Positions 57,762-64,000 of a DNA stretch of 64,000 nt are shown piece by piece. The notes beneath the pieces were generated by a model, which worked only from the letters and a program-made list of their open reading frames with translations, was not told the DNA's origin and did not search any database. The position numbers and the translations under genes were made by a program. Source of the stretch: Desulfomonilia bacterium. Its GTDB lineage: Bacteria > Desulfobacterota > Desulfomonilia > UBA1062. Positions within the stretch are counted from its first letter, which is position 1, and each line of letters opens with the position of its first letter. The stretch is from NCBI GenBank assembly GCA_963664325.2, contig CAXXDQ010000007.1, positions 352,001 to 416,000 of the forward strand, in the 5' to 3' direction.

Positions 57762-58499
57762 ATGCGTTACTCTTTGTTTAATATTTTAAAAATCGTATGG
57801 CTTTCCTTTTGGGCTATAATCGCCACAATTATTCTCTTTATCCCCATTACTGCTGCAGCCATAATGAGCAGTACAGGCAACCTTGCATTCAGCCTTTCGA
57901 AACTCTGGGCATATACCCTGCTTATTGTAACGAACGTGCACCCTCATATTTCAGGAAAAGAAAAGATTAAAAAGGGGCAGTCCTATATAATCATCTCGAA
58001 CCATCAGTCAGAATTCGACATACTGGCGCTGGTAACCACACTTGGAATTCAGTTCAGATGGATTATTAAAAAAGAACTGAAAAAAGCCCCTCTTTTCGGC
58101 TATGCTCTATATGCATCGAGAAACATCTTTATTGACAGGTCTAATCCCAAAGATGCCATTAGGACTATAAATGAAGGCATAAGCCGGCTGCCGGCAGGTG
58201 CCAGCGTATTGGTTTTTGCAGAAGGTACGAGAAGTAGTGACGGTAAGATTCAAGAATTTAAGAAAGGAGGCTTTATAGCCGCAATAGAAAAAGGGCTGCC
58301 GATCCTCCCCGTAACAGTAAATGGCAGCCGCAAAACCCTTCCCAAGAAAAGCCTCGTTTTCAAACCAGGTCCGATAGAGGTCGTGATTGGAGATCCCATA
58401 AAGACCACAGGCTATGGCCAGGAAAACATCATTGAACTGATAGCAAAAACAAGGGATGTAATCATATCAAATTACAAAATAAACTATCCTGACAATTGA
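57762..58499 (+). CDS. plsC: 1-acyl-sn-glycerol-3-phosphate acyltransferase
   Basis: NHQSEFD (HX4D), FIDR, FAEGTRS, FKKG, ILPV. Confidence 0.9.
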   Translation: MRYSLFNILKIVWLSFWAIIATIILFIPITAAAIMSSTGNLAFSLSKLWAYTLLIVTNVHPHISGKEKIKKGQSYIIISNHQSEFDILALVTTLGIQFRWIIKKELKKAPLFGYALYASRNIFIDRSNPKDAIRTINEGISRLPAGASVLVFAEGTRSSDGKIQEFKKGGFIAAIEKGLPILPVTVNGSRKTLPKKSLVFKPGPIEVVIGDPIKTTGYGQENIIELIAKTRDVIISNYKINYPDN

Positions 58500-58701
58500 T
58501 CCGCATTTTAATAATATGGAAAGTCCCTTTTAAAAAAAAGTGGGATGGGAACATGTTTTGATAAAACAGACAGGCAAAATGTTCAGCTTCAGACCTTCAG
58601 GAATAATGTCATCTTTTGAAACAGTTTGTGATTTGAATGTATTCTGCTTAATCTGACAGATCAGATTCATTCGCACTGTATGAACATTTATCAGCACTTT
58701 A

Positions 58702-59208
58702 TCAAATGCTGGCTTTCACCTTACCTTTATTTTTCTGCGGAACTATAAACGTGTAAAGAAGCAACCCTATCATTCCTACTGAAATATACATATCAGCAAC
58801 ATTAAACGTTGGCCACCGGTAGGTGAACGCATGAACATTAATAAAATCCACCACTTCATTATGAACAATTCTGTCCGTCAGATTTCCTATAGCACCTGCA
58901 AGTATAAGGCTTAGAATTATCTTAAATATTGACGAGTTGTCGTTAGACTGTCTGAAAATGATGAATATTGCAGCTATAGCAACAATTGTTACTGTAAGGA
59001 AAAACACAAGCCTGTAAGAATCAGGTATGTTCTGTAAAAGACCAAATGCAACCCCCGTGTTTCTGACATGGATTATCTCTAAATAGTTTGGGATTACGGT
59101 CATGCTCTCTCCTATCTGCATTCTTGTAAGAATGATCCATTTGGTAATCTGATCCACAAGGTAAAGCGGGATCAGCATTAAAAGCCCCCATCTCAGATAC
59201 GACTTCAT
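58702..59208 (-). CDS. lspA: Lipoprotein signal peptidase II (housekeeping copy)
   Basis: DQITK, NTGVAFG, GAIGNLTDR, VVDFI, WPTFNVAD; ATGA-coupled to ileS. Confidence 0.95.
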   Translation of the reverse strand: MKSYLRWGLLMLIPLYLVDQITKWIILTRMQIGESMTVIPNYLEIIHVRNTGVAFGLLQNIPDSYRLVFFLTVTIVAIAAIFIIFRQSNDNSSIFKIILSLILAGAIGNLTDRIVHNEVVDFINVHAFTYRWPTFNVADMYISVGMIGLLLYTFIVPQKNKGKVKASI

Positions 59209-61991
59209 GTCATTTGAGAAGCGCATCGTGCACATACCTCCAAATGATTTTTATCGGCGCCTATATCCTTGCTGTAATTCCAGCATCGGGGGCACTTGAC
59301 TCCTGTTGATTTAAAGACCTTAATTCCAAGCTGTTTAAAGTTTTCGCTTTCAATAAACGGCCCGTTACCCTTTATGACTTCGACTTCGGATACTATAAAC
59401 ACATCTTTGAGAAAGTGTCTTGAAGACTCCACAAAATCAAAAGTTTCACCGTCAGCAGTAATTTTAACAACGGCATCAAGCGGGTGGCCGATAATTTTAT
59501 CGCGTCTTGCCTGTTCCATTGTCTTAGACACTTCCTGCCTGAGTGCAATTATCTTCTCCCACTTTCCAGCCAGAGCCTCGTCTTTCATACTTTCATCGAC
59601 TTTGGGCATTCCAGAAAGATGGACACTTTCTTCCTTGTCTGCAAAGGCTGGCATGTGATCCCAGATTTCTTCAGCAGTGAATGAAAGCACTGGTGCAATA
59701 AGCTTTGTAAGACCGGAAAGTATAGTAAAAAGTGCCGTTTGCGCAGAACGCCTGTCCACACTTTCCCTTTTATAAACATAGAGCCGGTCCTTCAATACAT
59801 CGAGGTAGAAAGCACTCATGTCCACAACACAGAAATTATAAACCTGCTGATATATAACATAAGGCTCAAAATTTTCATAAGCCCTCCTGACCTTTTCAAT
59901 CAGGTTCTGCATCAGATGAAGGGCATATCGGTCAAGTTCAAGCATATCGTCATATGCAACAGAATTATTTTCAGGGCTAAAATCAGACAGGTTACCGATT
60001 ATAAATCTTACAGTATTTCTGATCTTGCGGTATGTCTCGACAAGCCGGTCGACTATTTCGTTTGAGATGCGTATATCATTGGTGTAGTCTTGGGCGCTGA
60101 CCCACAGCCTTAAAACTTCTGCGCCGTATTTATCTATTATTTCCTGCGGGGCTATTGTGTTGCCAAGCGATTTGGACATCTTGCGGCCTTCACCGTCTAC
60201 AACGAACCCATGGGTGAGAACTGAACGGTACGGGGCATCTCCTCTTGTTCCCACAGAGCAGAGCAGGGTTGAATGGAACCATCCCCTGTGCTGATCTGAG
60301 CCTTCCAGATACATGTCAACCGGTGAGCCTATCCGTTTATCTTTTTCACATACTGCCGCATAGCTCACGCCTGAATCAAACCATACATCGACAATGTCCT
60401 GTTCTTTTTCAAATTCCGTTGCAGAACATGCAGGACAGTTTGTACCTTTCGGCAGAAGTTCAGCCGCGCTTAAAGCAAACCAGGCATCCGAGCTTTCTTC
60501 TGCAAATATTTTTGCAACATTTTCCGCGACCTCACCTGATACCAGAAGTTCACCGCATGCTTTGCAGTAAAAGACCGGAATGGGAATTCCCCACACCCTC
60601 TGCCGGGATATGCACCAGTCAGGCCTGTTCAAAATCATGTTATATATCCTGTCACGTCCCCAATCCGGTATCCAGCGTACTTTGTCGATGGCTGCCAGGG
60701 CTTTTTCACGCAACCCTTCATGTTCCATGGAAATGAACCACTGCCATGTCGAGCGGAATATGATTGCGCTCTTGCAGCGCCAGCAATACGGATAGGAATG
60801 TGAATATTTATCTTCATTCAGCAACGCACCTTTTTCCTCAAGCGCCTTGTTCACATTAGGATTTGCATCGAATACAAACTGTCCTGCAAACCCCTCCACC
60901 TCTTTTGTGAACCTGCCGTCATTATCCACCGGTGCATAAACGTCAAGACCGTATTGTTTGCCTATTTCATAATCTTCTTCACCATGGCCTGGAGCAATAT
61001 GAACGCATCCAGAGCCGGTATCAAGAGTTACAAAAGGTGCATTTATAATCAATGAATCACGTTCGTAGAGCGGATGACGGGCCTTCATGCCGTCCAGTTT
61101 ACCGCCATTGAATGTCGCAAGAGTCTTATATTCGTTTATTCCTGCAGCCTTCATAACGTTTTCAACCAGTTCGGATGCCATGATAAGGACATCGAACTTA
61201 TCAGTCTTAACAGCCGAATACTCCATATCAGGGTGCAGGGCTATCGCCAGATTAGCCGGTATTGTCCATGGAGTGGTAGTCCAAATGACAATATAGGCAT
61301 TCTCACCCTTAAGCTCCGAAAGGGTTTCAGAAATATTAGATACCATTTTGAATCTGACAAAAATTGCCGACGTAACCTGATCATGATATTCAACCTCTGC
61401 TTCGGCAAGCGCAGTTTTACATTTTGCACACCAGTATACAGGTTTCCTGGCTTTATAAAGCGAGCCTGCTTCAATAAAGCGCCCTAGTTCATGAGCAATA
61501 GTTGATTCGTATTCATTTTTCATCGTAAGGTAAGGGTCTTCCCATAGTCCCAGAACACCCAGCCTTTTGAACTCGTCTCTTTGTATGTCTATGAACTCTT
61601 CTGCATATTTCCTGCATTCTTTTCTTATATCAAGTTTGGTCAGTTCCGCCGCTTTATTTTCCAGGTTTATCTCGACCTGATGCTCTATCGGCAAACCGTG
61701 GCAGTCCCATCCTGGCTTGTAGAACGTATCATATCCCATCATGAAATATGATTTGACTATTATATCCTTCAATATCTTATTAAGGGCAGTACCGAGATGT
61801 ATATGGCCATTGGCATAAGGGGGTCCATCATGAAGAATGAATTTGCTCCTGCCTTTGGATTTTTCGATAATCTTGTGATAAAGTATTCTTTCTTCCCATC
61901 TTTGCAGCAGTTCAGGCTCTTTCTTTGTAAGGCTTGCCTTCATTGGGAAATCAGTCTGCGGCAGACAAAGTGTATCCTTGTAATCCATCAT
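59205..61991 (-). CDS. ileS: Isoleucine--tRNA ligase (type 1)
   Basis: LHDGPPYANG.IHLG, WDCHGLP, WTTTPWT, WCISRQR, GSDQHRGWF, KMSKS, C-terminal CPRCW zinc finger. Confidence 0.98.
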   Translation of the reverse strand: MMDYKDTLCLPQTDFPMKASLTKKEPELLQRWEERILYHKIIEKSKGRSKFILHDGPPYANGHIHLGTALNKILKDIIVKSYFMMGYDTFYKPGWDCHGLPIEHQVEINLENKAAELTKLDIRKECRKYAEEFIDIQRDEFKRLGVLGLWEDPYLTMKNEYESTIAHELGRFIEAGSLYKARKPVYWCAKCKTALAEAEVEYHDQVTSAIFVRFKMVSNISETLSELKGENAYIVIWTTTPWTIPANLAIALHPDMEYSAVKTDKFDVLIMASELVENVMKAAGINEYKTLATFNGGKLDGMKARHPLYERDSLIINAPFVTLDTGSGCVHIAPGHGEEDYEIGKQYGLDVYAPVDNDGRFTKEVEGFAGQFVFDANPNVNKALEEKGALLNEDKYSHSYPYCWRCKSAIIFRSTWQWFISMEHEGLREKALAAIDKVRWIPDWGRDRIYNMILNRPDWCISRQRVWGIPIPVFYCKACGELLVSGEVAENVAKIFAEESSDAWFALSAAELLPKGTNCPACSATEFEKEQDIVDVWFDSGVSYAAVCEKDKRIGSPVDMYLEGSDQHRGWFHSTLLCSVGTRGDAPYRSVLTHGFVVDGEGRKMSKSLGNTIAPQEIIDKYGAEVLRLWVSAQDYTNDIRISNEIVDRLVETYRKIRNTVRFIIGNLSDFSPENNSVAYDDMLELDRYALHLMQNLIEKVRRAYENFEPYVIYQQVYNFCVVDMSAFYLDVLKDRLYVYKRESVDRRSAQTALFTILSGLTKLIAPVLSFTAEEIWDHMPAFADKEESVHLSGMPKVDESMKDEALAGKWEKIIALRQEVSKTMEQARRDKIIGHPLDAVVKITADGETFDFVESSRHFLKDVFIVSEVEVIKGNGPFIESENFKQLGIKVFKSTGVKCPRCWNYSKDIGADKNHLEVCARCASQMT

Positions 61992-62068
61992 TACCTCCTA
62001 GAATATCCTTCGTCTGTATCGCATGAATCTTCTAATTGTCAATGCCAGAGCATTCATATCGAAAAATT

Positions 62069-62098
62069 AAAAAGGCCGGCAGAAGCCGGCCTTTTTTT
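62069..62098 (-). terminator. Rho-independent terminator (bidirectional)
   Basis: A5-ggccggc-agaa-gccggcc-T7 just downstream of the repeat lipoprotein. Confidence 0.85.
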
Positions 62099-62117
62099 CA
62101 AAAACCATATTTACAAT

Positions 62118-63554
62118 CTATGACCCTGATGTATTCAGCACTTCCCTGTATTCACTTTCGAATATCTGCGAATTCGTCCCATCGGACTGCTGCCATACAA
62201 TTGCCGCATTGCCGCTGTCGCTCATTGAAACCTGAGGGACAATTGCATCCTGTCTATCTGGGCTTATATTATCGGACAGAACCTGTGGTATTGACCACTG
62301 AATAAATTGATTCGACAAACCTGCAACAGGGCGGTATTCGCTCTTAAATATCTGGAATTTTCTTGTAGTAATATTTTGTGAATCATACTGATACCATACA
62401 ATAATAGAATTTCCCTGGTTGTCCATTGCCACCTGGGGCAGCCACGCAGATGTCGATGCAAGGCTTATACTGTCCAATATGTTGCTTGGATATGTCCATA
62501 TTTTGTTTCTCAGCTCACTCTTGTATATCCTCACTATCCCGTCGTCCAACTCCTGTTCCCATGTGATAACAGCATTTCCACTATCATTCATTGCAGCCTG
62601 TGGATAATACGCATTTCCCGCATCAGGGCTGATGTTGTCTGTCAGATCTGCAGGATGTTTCCATTCCCCGTCTGTAAGCATGCTTATGAATATCTGACAC
62701 CTGTAACCATCATTTTGCTCCCAAGTTATGATGGCTCCTCCTGAGGCGTTCATAACTACCTGCGGATGATGTGCATCTTCTGAATTGGGGCTTATATTGT
62801 CTCCAAGACTCAAGGGATTTGCCCATATGCCATTCCTGCGTTCGCTCTTGAATATCTGCCAGTTTGCCCCGTCGAACTGTTCCCATGCAATTACTGCATC
62901 CCCAGTTTCATCCATTGCAACAACAGGATAATATGCATCCTGTCCGTCAGGACTTATATTCACAATCGGTGTCGAGGGTCGCATCCATATACCGTTTATG
63001 CGTTCACACTTGAATACCTGGGATACTGTTCCGTCAGACTGCTGCCATACTATAACCGCATCTCCTTCATTATCCATAACCACCCTTGGATAATTGGCAT
63101 CCGTGCCTGCGGGACTTATGGAATCGGAGAGGTTAAGAGGATGGGTCCATATCCAATTCTTCCTCTCGCTCATATAAATTCTATAATTCGCTCCGTCATA
63201 CTGAACCCAGACTATAACAGCATCACCATTATCATTGATTGCGACACGCGGGAAATATGCATTGCCACCTTCCGGGCTTATATGTGCCGTGAGCATGGTT
63301 TTTGTCCATGCGCCGTTGACAAACTCAACCTTATAAATCTGAGAATTGAGGCCATCGGACTGTTCCCATACGACCAGACCGTGTCCTGCAACATTCATAG
63401 CCGTCTGTGGATTTTTTGCATCCTGACTGTTTGGGCTTATATTGTCTGAAAGATTTGCCGGATTTGTCCATTTTTTACAGCCGCTGGATAACCCACCCAC
63501 CAAAACCATAATAAAAGCCAGAATACAAATTTTTATCACAACTGGATTCTTCAT
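62118..63554 (-). CDS. Lipoprotein with eight about 54-aa tandem repeats (probable beta-propeller)
   Basis: Lipobox SSGC; repeat W..P..L.DNISP....A..PQVAM...G.A.I.W.Q.DG...QIF.SE; RBS aggag. Confidence 0.8.
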   Translation of the reverse strand: MKNPVVIKICILAFIMVLVGGLSSGCKKWTNPANLSDNISPNSQDAKNPQTAMNVAGHGLVVWEQSDGLNSQIYKVEFVNGAWTKTMLTAHISPEGGNAYFPRVAINDNGDAVIVWVQYDGANYRIYMSERKNWIWTHPLNLSDSISPAGTDANYPRVVMDNEGDAVIVWQQSDGTVSQVFKCERINGIWMRPSTPIVNISPDGQDAYYPVVAMDETGDAVIAWEQFDGANWQIFKSERRNGIWANPLSLGDNISPNSEDAHHPQVVMNASGGAIITWEQNDGYRCQIFISMLTDGEWKHPADLTDNISPDAGNAYYPQAAMNDSGNAVITWEQELDDGIVRIYKSELRNKIWTYPSNILDSISLASTSAWLPQVAMDNQGNSIIVWYQYDSQNITTRKFQIFKSEYRPVAGLSNQFIQWSIPQVLSDNISPDRQDAIVPQVSMSDSGNAAIVWQQSDGTNSQIFESEYREVLNTSGS

Positions 63555-63772
63555 AACTGCTCCTTCTTTAAAAATTTATCACTTTGTAATTCGGAAGTTT
63601 ATCAAATATTCATACAATTTACATAAATTTATTTAATTACATGCAAAAAACATACACTTTTCTAACTAGTTGAATTTTATGGATCAGGACCAATTTGTTT
63701 GTTTAAAACTATAATTTAAATGGAATTTTTTTCCTTGATGCTGGAAATCATTTACTTGGTTGATTAACATTA

Positions 63773-64000
63773 TCAGACTTCAAGCTTTCCGGTTATTTCA
63801 CTAATGTCTTTAATATTATGCCCAGATAAATAACCTGATATGCCTTCAATTATACCTGGCAGACAGAAAGGTTCGACTAGAAGCTGCGTTCCTATCTGAA
63901 CAGCTGATGCCCCTGCAAGGAAAAACTGCAAGGCATCTTTATATGATGATATTCCCCCTGCCCCGATAATTGGTATCCTGACTTGTCTTGAAACATCCCA
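63773..64000 (-). CDS. pyrD: Dihydroorotate dehydrogenase, family 1 (3' end only; runs off the window)
   Basis: Manual translation WDVSRQVRIPIIGAGGISSYKDALQFFLAGASAVQIGT...LEV*; not in ORF track. Confidence 0.85.
   Translation of the reverse strand, partial: WDVSRQVRIPIIGAGGISSYKDALQFFLAGASAVQIGTQLLVEPFCLPGIIEGISGYLSGHNIKDISEITGKLEV

Overview
Chromosomal window from an anaerobic Gram-negative bacterium. Gene content suggests a Desulfobacterota/deltaproteobacterium-like organism, but this is inferred and not certain. It holds about 70 CDS. Housekeeping islands (split class I fumarate hydratase, miaB, metF, fadN/thiolase, plsC, lspA-ileS, 3' end of pyrD) alternate with accessory stretches. These include an AraC-corrinoid protein-MtaA/UroD-type methyltransferase module, long co-oriented runs of small unrelated genes (three visibly degenerate), many lipoproteins and secreted hydrolases, a second lspA, a signal-peptide-bearing amidinotransferase, and a tandem pair of secreted tocopherol-cyclase/CrtC-like proteins. 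I found no rRNA, tRNA, CRISPR array, integrase or transposase. The most unusual non-coding signals are (i) three copies of an element made of 8-bp AGCT-core tandem repeats facing their own reverse complement, and (ii) a nested repeat hotspot at 34.5-35.05 kb, where one repeat copy carries a 72-bp four-hairpin insertion with a TTTG duplication. All protein calls come from motif recognition by eye; no database searches were run.
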